A stretch of 63,688 bases of DNA, the filler included, from Saprolegnia diclina VS20 (lineage: Eukaryota), in the NCBI RefSeq assembly GCF_000281045.1. It is 9 parts of 2 records of this genome, joined end to end, with 100 filler letters (N's around TTAATTAATTAA, not from the genome) between each part and the next. Parts side by side here need not be neighbours in the genome. Positions count along the whole stretch, not along the records: positions 29,817 to 42,733 come from NW_008246101.1; positions 42,834 to 51,039 come from NW_008246102.1; 7 more parts are not named here. One strand, given 5' to 3'. How positions within the stretch are numbered: position 1 is the stretch's first letter; every line of letters begins with the position of its first letter. Position numbers and translations under genes: made by a program. Under the pieces are notes generated by a model, which saw nothing but the letters and a program-made list of their open reading frames with translations, made no database searches and was not told where the DNA came from. Shown in pieces: positions 36,561 through 47,975 of the stretch.

Positions 36561-38329
36561 CTACGACGACGCCCAGGCCGGCTTGGTCATGTGCGCGCCG
36601 CGGCCGATCCCAGCCGTCGGCGGCGTAAACGCTACGGGCGGCGGCGACGACGCCTCGAGTGGAGCGTACTCGTCGCCGTAAAACGTGTCCACCAAGTAGG
36701 CGGCGAGGCGCCCGTTCTCTCCGTGATCGTGCTCCTGGATGTACTCGAGGCCATCGATACCGCCGACCTCTTCGATCAAGTAGACGCTGCGGGGTACGTG
36801 GGCCAGAACATGGTGCAGAAAATGAAGGGCATTGCCGACCACAGTCACGTCAGCGACTAAGATGGACGACATGCGGATGGAACGAAGCTATCGCGAGCTC
36901 GTACCCGACAGAAGACCAACGTACGTCTCCAGAACATGGTCAAATGCGAGGACGCGGTCGAGGTCGGCCGCCGAGGCGCGGCCAATGTTGGCGAGTGCAA
37001 AGCTCGCCTACGCATAGCACCATTCGTACTGAGAGGACTTGATACGCAGCGCGGCCGCGTACCTCCTTGCGCACGTCGTAGGTGCCGCTGAGAAAAGCGT
37101 GTACGAGCGGAGAGAGAAGGTCGTACTCGAGCACAAGACGCACGTTGGCTTCGCTCTGGCCGGCGACGTTGGCCAGCACCCACGCCGCCTCGGCCACGAC
37201 GTGCCTATGACAGGGTTCCGTCACGTTGGTGATGTATCGTACACGCAATACGAGTCGGTGCACGTTTGAAGCACGCGCCGGAGAAAGTAGAGGAACCGGG
37301 GCTCCGCGACGAGCGCGTGCACGTGCGGCAGCTGCCAGCTGTCGGCATGGTGGTCGGCGGCGATGCACACAATGTTGCCGATGACGCGCAGAAGCGGCGT
37401 GAGCACGAGCTCGTCCGTCGTCTCAAAGTACGCGACGACGCCGGTTGCGAGGCCATGCTCGAGAAGCCACTGCAGCGCCTTGTCTTCTTTGGCCGTGAGG
37501 AAGCTGAGCACCCAGAGCAGCTCCTGCGTCACTTCCATGTTGTCACGCGCATGGAGGAGCTCGAGGAGGATCGGGCCAATGTCGTGGTCGAAAAACGCTT
37601 TCGCAGGCGTCTGCGTGCCCCGCGCCATGTTGGAGAGCGCCCAGAGACACACTGCAGGTGACGAGATGAGAGAAGGCGGACGGCGGGCAAGTACCTTTGA
37701 CCATCTCGTGGTCGTGCGGGCCGTGGCGCAGGTGCTGCACAAGCGGCGCGACCGCGCCTTGGCGAATCAAGTGCAAGCGAAACTCTTCGCAGTCGGCCGC
37801 AATGTTGCCGAGCGTCCACGCCGCGTGCTCGGCCAGCTCGGTGTTCTACATGGGTCGATGCCATCAATTGGTCGACAGAGTGAGTACGTACCGCCAGAAA
37901 GTTGAGCAGCGTGGGCACCGCCGGCAAGACGCACTTGGTGTGTTCGTAGAGCCCCGACGTGATGTGCGTGAGGCACCATAGCACTTGGATGAGCTCGACG
38001 GTCGTCGACGACGGCCGCTCGAGCAGCTGCAAAAGAATCGGAATGACGCCCGACTCGGCGACCTTGTCCATGCGCTCGGCGTTGAAGACAGAAATGGCAG
38101 TCTTGAGGCCTTGCAGCGCCGAGAGGACGCGGCCCTCGTCCTCGGACGTGAGTTCAAGGAGCAGTGACTGGAACTCGAGGTCGTTGACGTCCTCCATGTC
38201 GTGGCTGGGCAGGCGGCGCCGCTTGTTCAGCGCCGACTGTTTGGACTTGCGCACCGAGTCGGCGTGGGCCACGCGGCCGCGCGTGCCCTTCTTGAGCGTG
38301 CCCTTGGCCTTGATCGATTCGCGTTGCAT
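36561..38329 (-). CDS. Importin-alpha-like ARM-repeat protein, multi-exon
   Basis: IBB-like basic N-terminus (SVRKSKQSALNKRRRL), ARM motifs LWCLTHITSG, WALSNMARG, LRVIGNIV, AWVLANVAG and C-terminal GGIDGLEYIQEHDH. Confidence 0.8.
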
Positions 38330-40148
38330 CTTCAAGCTCCCAGTTTGTGCGATGGAAACAGCTCTCAAGAAGACGGCTAAAAACACGCCATTTGCAAGAT
38401 GTGCATAGACGCTGCGGCACACGAGGGCCGTTTATGCAACGTGCAGGTCGTACGCGACAGGCTTCTGTGCCGTGTGCGACAGCACATCCGATTCTGTAGT
38501 TGTAATTGCATTGTCGTCGGCCTCACACTGCGTACAGGTGTAGCTGCGTGCAATTAGCTCGTTGGATACCTTGCCGTTACCTTTGTTAAATGATATTGAG
38601 CCAAAATGCAGTTCCAAAGGTTTGAACACCTCTTACAGCGCATAATAAATATATTAAAAGAAAGAGGTTTTCGGGCTTGAATGACGGTCTGGGACTGCAG
38701 CACATGGCGCCGTCTGATTCAAAACCAGGTGGAGACTGGATTCGCTCCTTCGAATCTCGACGACGTTGGCGTGCGTACACCCAAGCTGGCGCTGCGGAAC
38801 ACGTTGCCTTGACTTCAGCAAAAGAACCTGCTCTCTAGTCAATGCAGAAGATGCGAGCCGGAGCTGTGTGCAATGCGATCAGTCCGTCTCTCTGTCTCTC
38901 GTCGGTCGCGAGGGGGCGCGAATATGTGCCATCAGCCTATCACATTGCGGAAATATTTGCCACCGCGGTGTGGCTTTGAAAAATGCGATGGATTTATCCT
39001 CGCAGATCGTCTCATCCACACCGCCTTGGTGTCGGAGCCTTGAGTCTACAATGTACCATCGTGTAGCTGCTCCTGTCTATTGGAGGTCGTGCGAGCCTCG
39101 TAGAGCTCCCATAGAGTAGATGGATGACGTGGGTGCTCGTGATTGTGCAGCCGATCCCACGCAACGTCGTGTTGTGTGCGCGCGGTTGAAGCAAAGACGT
39201 CGACTCAGGCGCCCCCAAACTCAGACGCGACCTTGTTGAAGTGCGCATGCACTGCAGAGGTATTATTATCTGGTAAAACTAGACTACCGCTCTGTCAAGT
39301 GTCGTCTGAGTTGCTGCTCGGTGCTTGACGATCACAGCCATCCAGGTGGCGCTGCTTCGTGCATCTGAGAGCTCTGAGAGCGCCCTTCCCGACCGCAGCA
39401 CGCAATCGGTATCAGAACCGACACCATTGTCGTCTTTTGTTGTCGGCTTCCGAACGCTGTATCCAGCGACCTGTGCACACATGCACATCGGGTTACAGCT
39501 CGCAAAACCGACATTCTTCAGAGTTGACGCGAGTCAGCCCCGTCGCTCCGACGAAGGAAACGGCTTGCCACTCCGTCACACGATCAGAAGCCGAGTGATT
39601 GCGACCGAAACGGCGCTCTCTGCTGGACGCTTGCAAGGACTTTCTCTCTAGTTCTCTAGTCCCTTTTACGAATATAGACCTCTACTATCATCAGCAGGTC
39701 TTCGCAAGGGCACCATTTCTACCGCGACCGCACGTGCGTCGGCCTCAACTCGTTGCACACGTGTTACGTCGCCCCCCTCCGGTTGAATATTCTTGTGCAG
39801 TTGGGCATGATCCATTTTGGCCAATCACAAGGCTCCATGTCACCCAGCTGGTCGTAAAAAAGCCGACTTTTCTAGATCGCGTCCAATCGGAAACACGGAA
39901 TCTTTTGAACCCAACCGCTTTTTTTATTTATGCGTAGCTTGGTGTTTGTATGCTGTGAAATAAAATACACAACCCCGTGCCGGAATCAGCACGCCCATCT
40001 GGATCTCCGCCGTGCACTCGAGCGTATTTTTATTCTCCACATACAAATCGCAAGATGTCTGGCAAGGTTTTGGCATTGTATTGCCTTTCAGTGTCGCTTC
40101 GAAATCTGCGGTCAATTTCGAATTTGAGCGCAAAGCCCGAGACCGTCC

Positions 40149-41726
40149 ATGTCGACGATCAAGACGCATCCCCCGACGCTCCAAGCGGCCAAGAAGCAAG
40201 CAGATCTCATTCGCGTCAAGGAAGAGTTTGTCTTGCCCAAGGTGACCCTGGCCGCCATGCCCTCGCCGGCCAAGCTCAAGATCCCGGCCCCGGTCGTGCG
40301 CAAGGACAAGCGCAAGGCCATGGTGCAGTCGCCGCTCGGCAGCGACTGCAGCTCGAGCTCGTCGACGAGCTCCAAGAAGCGCAAGAACACGAACGACGGC
40401 CTCTTTGACAATGACATGGGCAGCGCGGAAGAAAAGATCAAGGAGATGGAGCGCCAGCTGTTGAGCCTCGACCCCGACTCAAAGGAGGCCAAGAAGAAGC
40501 GCCGCCTCATTCGCAACCGCATGTCGGCGCAGCTGCACCGCGAGCGCAAGAAGGCGTACGTGGTGCAACTTGAAGAGCAGCTCCAGGCCAAGGACGACGA
40601 GATGTCCAAGATGAAGGCGCAGCTTGAGGCGCTTCTCGCCGAGAACAAGCGCTTGAAGCATGACGACGTCATCAAGGTGGAGAAGGTCGACACGGTGGTC
40701 GCGGCGGCGGTTCCCAAGGCGGCGGCGGTCGCTGCCTTTGCCGAGCCCATTGCGCCGGTGCAAGCCGATATTATCTCGGACGCCGAGTCGTTTATCTACG
40801 AAATGGACTCGGAGCCCGAGCACTGGGACTCGTCGATCTTGAACGACTTGGACATTAGCTCGGAGGACCTCATGTTTGCCGAGCCGGCCGTTGCGCCGGC
40901 GCCGGCGCGCCCGACCAAGACGGTCGAGCACGACTCGTTTGCGGCCAAGAAGAACGTGGCCATGATGATGGCGATCGTCTTTTCGATGACGTTCTTTGGC
41001 GGCATGATGTCCATCTTCGACTCGTTCACGACGGGCAGCGCCACGAACGGCTTTTGCTCGTACTTCAAGTCGTACACGCCCAAGCTTCTCTCGGAGATGA
41101 GCGTCAAGTCGCGCGTGCTCTCGGACCTGGACGGCACGACGTGGATGGACTTTCCCGAGCTCGACGAGCCCGCGCAGAAGAGCGACAAGTCGTCGAACGA
41201 GCAGCAGTACGCGGGTGGCATTCCGTTTGACGATCTTCTCGACACGGACTTTTCGCTCACGTTTGCGATGCCCCTCGGCGACGACGACGAAGAGGAAGAC
41301 GACGACATGGGTCTCTCGCCGTCGAGCGAGTCGGGCGACCACACGTCGGAGGAAGAGGAGTCGGACGACTCGGAAGCTGCCTTTACGATGGTCGCCAAGA
41401 ACAAGGACGTGTCGTACGCCAACCTCACGCGCCTTTGGTGCGAGAAGCGCCACGTGCTCTGCACGCTCGCGACCCAAGGCGACGCAACGCTGCGCCGCGC
41501 GGTCGTCGACATGAGCCACGTCAACGACACGGTCAGCATGGAGTCGTCGTTTGCGGACGTGCTGGCCTCGTTTACGATGGGCGACGACGACCCCAAGGTC
41601 ATCGGCTCGTCGGAGAAGCAAGTGCTGAGCTTTCTTTACCCGATGGGCGTCTTCTCCAAGGAGATGACGGATGCATCTGCCGTCCTCGACCCGATGCCCT
41701 TCATGGAAGTTGCCTGTCATATTTAG
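40149..41726 (+). CDS. bZIP transcription factor with a transmembrane segment after the zipper (ATF6/CREB3/bZIP28-like layout)
   Basis: KKKRRLIRNRMSAQLHRERKKAYVVQLEEQL...LEALLAENKRLK. Hydrophobic segment VAMMMAIVFSMTFFGGMMSIF. Intronless, 525 aa. Confidence 0.85.
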   Translation: MSTIKTHPPTLQAAKKQADLIRVKEEFVLPKVTLAAMPSPAKLKIPAPVVRKDKRKAMVQSPLGSDCSSSSSTSSKKRKNTNDGLFDNDMGSAEEKIKEMERQLLSLDPDSKEAKKKRRLIRNRMSAQLHRERKKAYVVQLEEQLQAKDDEMSKMKAQLEALLAENKRLKHDDVIKVEKVDTVVAAAVPKAAAVAAFAEPIAPVQADIISDAESFIYEMDSEPEHWDSSILNDLDISSEDLMFAEPAVAPAPARPTKTVEHDSFAAKKNVAMMMAIVFSMTFFGGMMSIFDSFTTGSATNGFCSYFKSYTPKLLSEMSVKSRVLSDLDGTTWMDFPELDEPAQKSDKSSNEQQYAGGIPFDDLLDTDFSLTFAMPLGDDDEEEDDDMGLSPSSESGDHTSEEEESDDSEAAFTMVAKNKDVSYANLTRLWCEKRHVLCTLATQGDATLRRAVVDMSHVNDTVSMESSFADVLASFTMGDDDPKVIGSSEKQVLSFLYPMGVFSKEMTDASAVLDPMPFMEVACHI

Positions 41727-41812
41727 AGCGTGCCATTTTGCCTAGCTGTTAGACCCCATTTATTATTATCAATCCGCATGTATCTCTACCCTTCCACTAC
41801 CTCGACCTCATC

Positions 41813-41856
41813 TTGCCTCGTCTTCCTTGCCTCGTCTTCCTTGCCTCGTCGTCCTT
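41813..41856. repeat. 14-bp minisatellite x3 (CTTGCCTCGTCTTC)
   Basis: Three tandem copies downstream of the bZIP stop. Confidence 0.75.
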
Positions 41857-42275
41857 GCGCTGGCGTGCTGCCGCATGGGGCTGGTCGGCCTGGCGGCGCG
41901 AAAATATGGGCTGCATTACACACGCTGGCGAACGGGGTCCTTGTTTCGAAACTTTGAGGACCTTTAAATTCGGANNNNNNNNNNNNNNNNNNNNNNNNNN
42001 NNNNNNNNNNNNNNNNNNNNNNNNNNNNNNNNNNNNNNNNNNNNNNNNNNNNNNNNNNNNNNNNNNNNNNNNNNGTCAGCTAGTATCTGGGGTGTCTCGA
42101 GCTGTTGGCTGGATGGTCGAAGCGTGGGGCGGTAGAAAAGCCGCTCGCTGAAACAAAAGCCATGGCAGATCGTTGTTGAAGTGAGTCTATTTAGATATAA
42201 TTTACACTGAACTGTTTTTGGGGGGTGGACTTTCGATTCAGAGCGTGTTGTGCTAGACGGCCTCAGCGACGAGGC

Positions 42276-42733
42276 TTAGCCGTGTTGAAGGCGAGGCGTG
42301 TGGATGGCGCACGCCGGGACGAGGTTGTCACGAAGCCAGGCGTCGTGGCGCAGGGCGCGCATCATTTGAAAGAGGCACATCGCTTGGGTATTCAGCATCA
42401 AGTGGTGAAGGTGCATCTTGGTCAAAAACGCGGCGCGGGCGGCGGCCGCTTCGGGTGTCAGGACGGGCGCCTCGGGACGGAAGACGCGGTCGTTGCGGGC
42501 GAGCCAGACAGTGTGCATCACACAGGCGCGTAGGAGCGGCCACATCATGTCAACCGCGCGTCGTCGGTAGCGTTGGGCCGTCACCAGCGGCTCAAACAAG
42601 AGCGCGTACAGCGTCGTGGGGCCATGGCAGATCGTCGTGCATCCGAGGTGACACTAGGACGATGCTACTGTAGCCAGGTGGTATAACTGGACGACATGCA
42701 ACCATCCATCACGGCAAGGTCGTCGAGCGATTT
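42276..42733 (-). mobile_element. 3' fragment of a non-LTR (L1/Tx1-like) retrotransposon ORF2
   Basis: WPLLRACVMHTVWLARNDRVFR matches the W..RN..vF motif found after the reverse transcriptase. Truncated by a linker. Confidence 0.65.
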
Positions 42734-42833
42734 NNNNNNNNNNNNNNNNNNNNNNNNNNNNNNNNNNNNNNNNNNNNTTAATTAATTAANNNNNNNNNNN
42801 NNNNNNNNNNNNNNNNNNNNNNNNNNNNNNNNN

Positions 42834-43110
42834 GCCCAAGTTTGCACCGCCACCGCTGCCGTCGATCCAAGAGCTCCAGGACGCCGCTCGCGGCTACGAT
42901 TGCTCTGAAGCCATTGCTGTCACGATCCGGCTCGATACGCGCGGCTTGACGCCGACGTTTGATTCGCTCACGGGGCATGACAAGGCGGCCGTCGACCGGC
43001 TACTAGCGACAGGCGTCTTTGACATTGCACTTGTGCGGGCGGGCAACAACGACGACAAGAACGAAGCTATTCCTGCGCTGTACGAGACGTTTCATCCACT
43101 ATGCGAGAAA
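42834..43110 (+). pseudogene. Middle fragment of the 2OG-Fe(II)-like family
   Basis: TPTFDSLTGHDKAAVDRLLATGVFDIALVRAG matches the 44792-46786 protein, then similarity ends. Confidence 0.65.
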
Positions 43111-43459
43111 TTTTTGCTGCAACTATATATCTCTGCTGTGGTGCCGCCAGCAATGACAGCCAAAGCAACAACCAAGACACCAACGCTGTCGTCAACCAGC
43201 GAGCGCACAGCGTCGTCACCGAATAGCCCTCCATAGCGGCAACCCTCCATTTTCTGGAGTCAGCGATTGCCATAGCTATAACGCCACGTGATACGCAACA
43301 CCGGGCATTTGCGATAGTGGCGCAGAGATGGCGATGTTGTGACCAGGGCGCACTCGGTANNNNNNNNNNNNNNNNNNNNNNNNNNNNNNNNNNNNNNNNN
43401 NNNNNNNNNNNNNNNNNNNNNNNNNNNNNNNNNNNNNNNNNNNNNNNNNNNNNNNNNNN

Positions 43460-43987
43460 CTCACGTCGAGCTACTGCTCGGAGAAGAAGAACGAGCTGTT
43501 CTATTTGTTTGACATTGAAACGTACCTGCTCGAGCACCCGATCGACGTGGCGGCGTCGACGTACTTGCGGGAGCACTTGCCCGATGTTGTCGTGCGCAAG
43601 GTGGCCGCGTACCTCGCACCGCCGCTCGCGTCGTTGCTGGACACGATCCGAGCCGACAAGTGCCTTATCCACAACCTTCCGGCTGTCCTGTGGCCAAAAA
43701 GAAACTCGCTGTGCCGCGTCCGCCTCGCCACATGCATGAACCTCGCCGTCGAGTATTTGCGCTCGGGCGCCGAGCGTGCTAGCTGCTACAGCGGTCACGT
43801 CCTCTATCTGGCGCTGCTGACGGCCGGGACGCCAGCCTTTGCCACAGCCGACGCCGACGTGCAAATGCGGCGACGCTGCTTTGATTTCAAGGGCGAGTGC
43901 GCGGCCCTCGACAAGACAACGCTGACGCCGATGCAAGCGCTCGTCTTGGAAGAGTACTTGCGCTATCCCACGTACGGGTGTCAGTAG
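43460..43987 (+). CDS. C-terminal fragment of the 2OG-Fe(II)-like family (upstream part in gap)
   Basis: FDIETYLLEHPIDVAASTYL...YLALLTAGTPAFA...ECAALD...MQALVLEEY, paralogous to the end of 44792-46786. Confidence 0.65.
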   Translation, partial: LTSSYCSEKKNELFYLFDIETYLLEHPIDVAASTYLREHLPDVVVRKVAAYLAPPLASLLDTIRADKCLIHNLPAVLWPKRNSLCRVRLATCMNLAVEYLRSGAERASCYSGHVLYLALLTAGTPAFATADADVQMRRRCFDFKGECAALDKTTLTPMQALVLEEYLRYPTYGCQ

Positions 43988-44791
43988 AAACCGTTGAGTT
44001 GACGAATCTCGTGAAACGCGCAAGGAAGCTTGAAAGTGAGGAGTATATTGCATGGTTTTTCATTACTTAGCACGTCGAGTCCCACGCCATTATCCGATGC
44101 GTTCCCAAGGTACAGCGACTTTTCAGTTGGGAGCTTGGTCAAAGTGGTGGTCGACGTTGTTTCAAGGTGTCAAGCCAGCACATAGACAAGCAGAGCAATC
44201 ATTTTACGATGGGACAAAAGAGCCCAAGTTGGTCGACCCAAGTTGAATGTTCTCGCGTCAAACACAGTTCTATCACCTGATATGACGCTTGAGTGAGGAA
44301 GAAGCACTTCAATTGACGGAGGCTGCAGTCATTGTTCTCAAAAATCCTTGAACTTATTTTCCAACTAGTTTCCGAGGGCCTAGCACGTCTCATGTAGAAA
44401 CCCCAACGACTCGTACTTACCCTCGACCTTTTTCGACACTTGAAAATGTCATCGTCCTCCATGGACCTCTCAGTTGAAACGAAGAATGTGATTTATGTAG
44501 GTTCCCAGAACCTGAGTTGTGCGAGTGGGCTAGTCATGCAGTTCTCTAAGAGCGCGGTATCCCAGATATACCGTGCGTGGTCATCCTTGGCGTCCCATAG
44601 CTATGCCACATAGCTAACGGGTGAACCAAGCCGGCAACTATGTCACGTTGTGTCCCTGGAACAGGCGACAACTCGGACGCTAAGGTGTAGCTCATGGAGC
44701 AAGCATCGATGCACAATCTTGTATTACAGAATTCTCTCATGCCTGCGATAGACGTCGCCTTCAACAACGCTGGTTCGTTTCGAAACCTTTT

Positions 44792-46786
44792 CTACGTGGG
44801 ACGTTGCAGAGGCTGCATGTACTCGTCCAAAACGAGCGCTTGCATCGTACTCAATGATGCCGTGTCCAGCGCTGCACACTCGGATACAAACACAGTATAG
44901 CGCCGCTGTTTTTGCACGGCAGCGTCGACTTGCGCAAAGGCTGGCGTCCCGACCGTGAGCAGCGCTAGGTACACGAGGCTCGGCAAATGACCGGTCGAGA
45001 TGTGGGTGCGCACTTCAGGATGACACAAATACTCGGTCGCCACCGCAACGCACGATACCGCGCGCGCACGACTTAGCGTGTTTCGATGCGGCCACAGGGC
45101 AGCAGGGAGGTAGCCAGCGAGGTGAACAGAGCCTCGCAATGCATTCGCAAGCGACACGGGCGGTGCGACGAGGTACGCGGTTACCTTGTGCGTGAGAGCC
45201 TCAGGCAGGTGCCGACCAAGATACGTCGATGCCGCCGTGTCGATGGGATGCGTCAGCATGTACGTTTCGACGTCAAACATGCGGCGGACTTGCTGGGGCT
45301 TGTCGCGGAGGGTCTTGTGGAGGTTGGATAAGAGACGTGGCCACCACAGCGGGATGCAGACGCTCGCGATCGAGTGCGCGACGGCGTCGCCGGTGGTCGC
45401 GAGGTGCATCAAATGAGCAGCGAATTCGATCGTGATGTCGGCCGTTTGAAGTCGGTGCTGAAAACGAGCAGCGCCAAAGCGTCGAGCCACCGCAACAATC
45501 CACTTTGCCATGTCCTCGTCGTCGGCCCACTGATGGTGTACGTCCAGAAACGCCTCGATGAGCTCCACGTCACCGTGGTCGAAGAGCAGAGACGCCATCG
45601 CGGACGTGATTTGGTCGGGATCCGGACCAAAGTTGCCCCGGGGGTGCGGGTAAAAGTACCGGAAGGCCGCTGTAAAAACACGGTCGAGCGACCCGTAGCC
45701 GAGGTCGTCGACCACACCACCGTCCAAGTTGGCACGCACGACCGACATCAAGCGGCTGTAGCCGAGGATGTGCACGCGCGCCGCTTTGGGCCACACGAGG
45801 AGAAAGCAGCCGGGCGACTCGTACTCGTCCGTGTCGGCTGCAAACTCGCTGACTGGCGACTGGTGGCAAACCTCTTGAACGAGCGCCGGGGTCGCACACG
45901 ATGGATGAAACGTCTCGGGCAGCGCCGGAATGGCTTCGTTGTCGTCGTCGCCCGCCCGCACAAAGGTAATGTCAAAGACGTTAGCGGCCAGCAGCCGATC
46001 GACGATCGCCTTGTCACGACCAGTGAGCGAATCAAACGTCGGCGCTACACTGTCCGTCTCGAGCCCGATCGCGACGCCAATGGACGCGTCCGGATCGTAT
46101 TGGCAAGCAACGTCCTGGAGGGATTGGATCGAGGGTAGCGGCCGCGGCGCGTACCAAGCCTTGGGTATGTCATCGTCCCACCCCGATTCTTCCATGTCGT
46201 ACGCAGCGTGATACACAGCACAAGCCCGGTGGCCCGACGTGATGGGCGCCACCGTCACGGCACACGTGCTGTAGAACGAGAGAAAGCACCCGTCGACGGC
46301 CTCGAACGTCGTCGTCCAGTCGTTGTCCGAGATGGTGACGGCGCCACCGACGCACTTGGACGGGAAGAAGTAGACAACCGTGGCAAACGTGTAGCGTGGT
46401 GGTCGGGTTGCTGGCTTCAACTTGGATGCGTCGCCGGTCAAGTCGATCGCAAAATGCGCCAGCCTCGTGTTGTACGCCATCGAGAAGTAATTGGAATCGT
46501 CTGGCGCGGGATCCAGCTCGCCGAGCAGGTCACATTCGCAAAAAAAATCACCACGGAGAAAGTGGTAACTGTTGTGGATCGTGACGTCCTTGGCCGGCAC
46601 ACGCTCGGGGTACGTGGTCATGAGCGCTGCCACGGTCTCGGTCGAGAGAGGCCATGAAGCAACGGTGATGTCACCGAGCTTGACGGTGGGGCTGCACCTG
46701 GCGTTAGGCTTGCTCAGGCAGCAGTGGACCCTTGCAGTATCACGTGCAATCGTCTGCAGACTGGTCTTGTCCTCGTCGTCACTCAT
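44792..46786 (-). CDS. Protein with degenerate 2OG-Fe(II) oxygenase-like N-terminal domain (intact family copy)
   Basis: Open 664-codon frame from MSDDEDK. TFATVVYFFPSKCVGGAVTIS...FYSTCAVTVAPITSGHRACAVY resembles the DSBH core but the iron-binding His residues are not visible. Confidence 0.7.
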   Translation of the reverse strand: MSDDEDKTSLQTIARDTARVHCCLSKPNARCSPTVKLGDITVASWPLSTETVAALMTTYPERVPAKDVTIHNSYHFLRGDFFCECDLLGELDPAPDDSNYFSMAYNTRLAHFAIDLTGDASKLKPATRPPRYTFATVVYFFPSKCVGGAVTISDNDWTTTFEAVDGCFLSFYSTCAVTVAPITSGHRACAVYHAAYDMEESGWDDDIPKAWYAPRPLPSIQSLQDVACQYDPDASIGVAIGLETDSVAPTFDSLTGRDKAIVDRLLAANVFDITFVRAGDDDNEAIPALPETFHPSCATPALVQEVCHQSPVSEFAADTDEYESPGCFLLVWPKAARVHILGYSRLMSVVRANLDGGVVDDLGYGSLDRVFTAAFRYFYPHPRGNFGPDPDQITSAMASLLFDHGDVELIEAFLDVHHQWADDEDMAKWIVAVARRFGAARFQHRLQTADITIEFAAHLMHLATTGDAVAHSIASVCIPLWWPRLLSNLHKTLRDKPQQVRRMFDVETYMLTHPIDTAASTYLGRHLPEALTHKVTAYLVAPPVSLANALRGSVHLAGYLPAALWPHRNTLSRARAVSCVAVATEYLCHPEVRTHISTGHLPSLVYLALLTVGTPAFAQVDAAVQKQRRYTVFVSECAALDTASLSTMQALVLDEYMQPLQRPT

Positions 46787-47049
46787 CCGAAGCAAATGTA
46801 GTTGTGCGCCTTTCAACGCTCTTGGAATTTGCAAGATGATGCAATCACATGGCATCGTCTCTGCCAATGTGTAATGCAACGTTGCAAACCGCCTCTCTGT
46901 ACATGTGTTGGACTATCACTCATGCGCATCATGAAAGCCCATGAGTGATGGATGATGGGCTTTTCCAGATGCGATAATATGCGCCTACGAGCTTGAGCGT
47001 CGTCGTCATTGACGTACTGCGCGTTGCACTCGATGGAAGTGGGAGCAGC

Positions 47050-47400
47050 CTCCAGCGGCGGTGCTCGGCTCCAGAGACTGGTGCACCACCAGGCTGTGCG
47101 TGTCAGAGGCGTGCACGTGGCGGCATCATGCACGTGCATTGTAGAGAGGTAGCGCGCCCATGACTCACTCGAGCGTGCGCAGGTGCAGCGCGGCCAGACG
47201 TCGCCGAGCGGCAGAAAGACTGCGAGCTCGAGGACGGTGGCCAGCGTCGAGGCTGTGCGCCGCCAGCGGGTGCAAGAAGCCGATCACTTGTCTCGACGCG
47301 TCCATGAAGCGCAGGACGAGGCGCGCGCAGTCAGGCTGCAGCGACGCGATCGGGCGCCCATCGGCGGCGTGACCAAGTGGCAAGCCGGCTGCCGTTTGAT
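47050..47400 (-). pseudogene. Degenerate coding-like fragment, family uncertain
   Basis: LQPDCARLVLRFMDASRQVIGFL followed in another frame by VLELAVFLPLGDVWPR. Frameshifted. Confidence 0.3.
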
Positions 47401-47975
47401 GATGAGCGACAACACGTGGTTATTTGTGGCAAAATACGGTGCATACCACCTTTAATAAAACTGTCGATTCCTCTGGCTGTAGACCTCGCACGACGACCAG
47501 GCATGGCGCGATGCACTCCCTGGATCGTCTTCTATCACCTGCCAAAGCCTCGGCGATTTTATTTTCCGACGCGAGATCGGCGGTCATCAGCGTCGGCGGC
47601 GCGGTGGCATCTCCGCCCTCTCGGATTGGCTAAAAATGGAGAAATTATTTTGCGAAAACCTTTTTTATGACTTGGAAATTGTATCACCCTCGGGTGATAT
47701 TGAGGTGGCACATGCCGCTCATGAGGTGCCGAATCAGCGCTTATATTCGGCACATGCTGGCAAGCCGACGCTCCACCTCGAACCCACCTCGAACCCACGA
47801 GGCTGCGTGCAAACAATACTTGCATGCGGGGTCACGACGCAGTTGTATACCCTGCCGTCAAAGTCTGCGGGGCGCAGTGAGTGTCAATCAAGTGTACCCA
47901 AGCCGCTGCACTTTTACAGTGCTCTGTATGTGTCTGGGATGTCAAGCTACTGCGCTTATTATATGCATGGTGTGT

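Noticed and set aside
38432..39940. Short ORFs between the importin-like and bZIP genes
   Set aside because: No motifs or codon bias. Consistent with a divergent promoter/UTR region.
40479..41720. Long antisense ORFs over genes (also 62601-63608, 51223-52374, 5430-6047)
   Set aside because: Shadow ORFs produced by strong GC3 codon bias of the real gene on the other strand.
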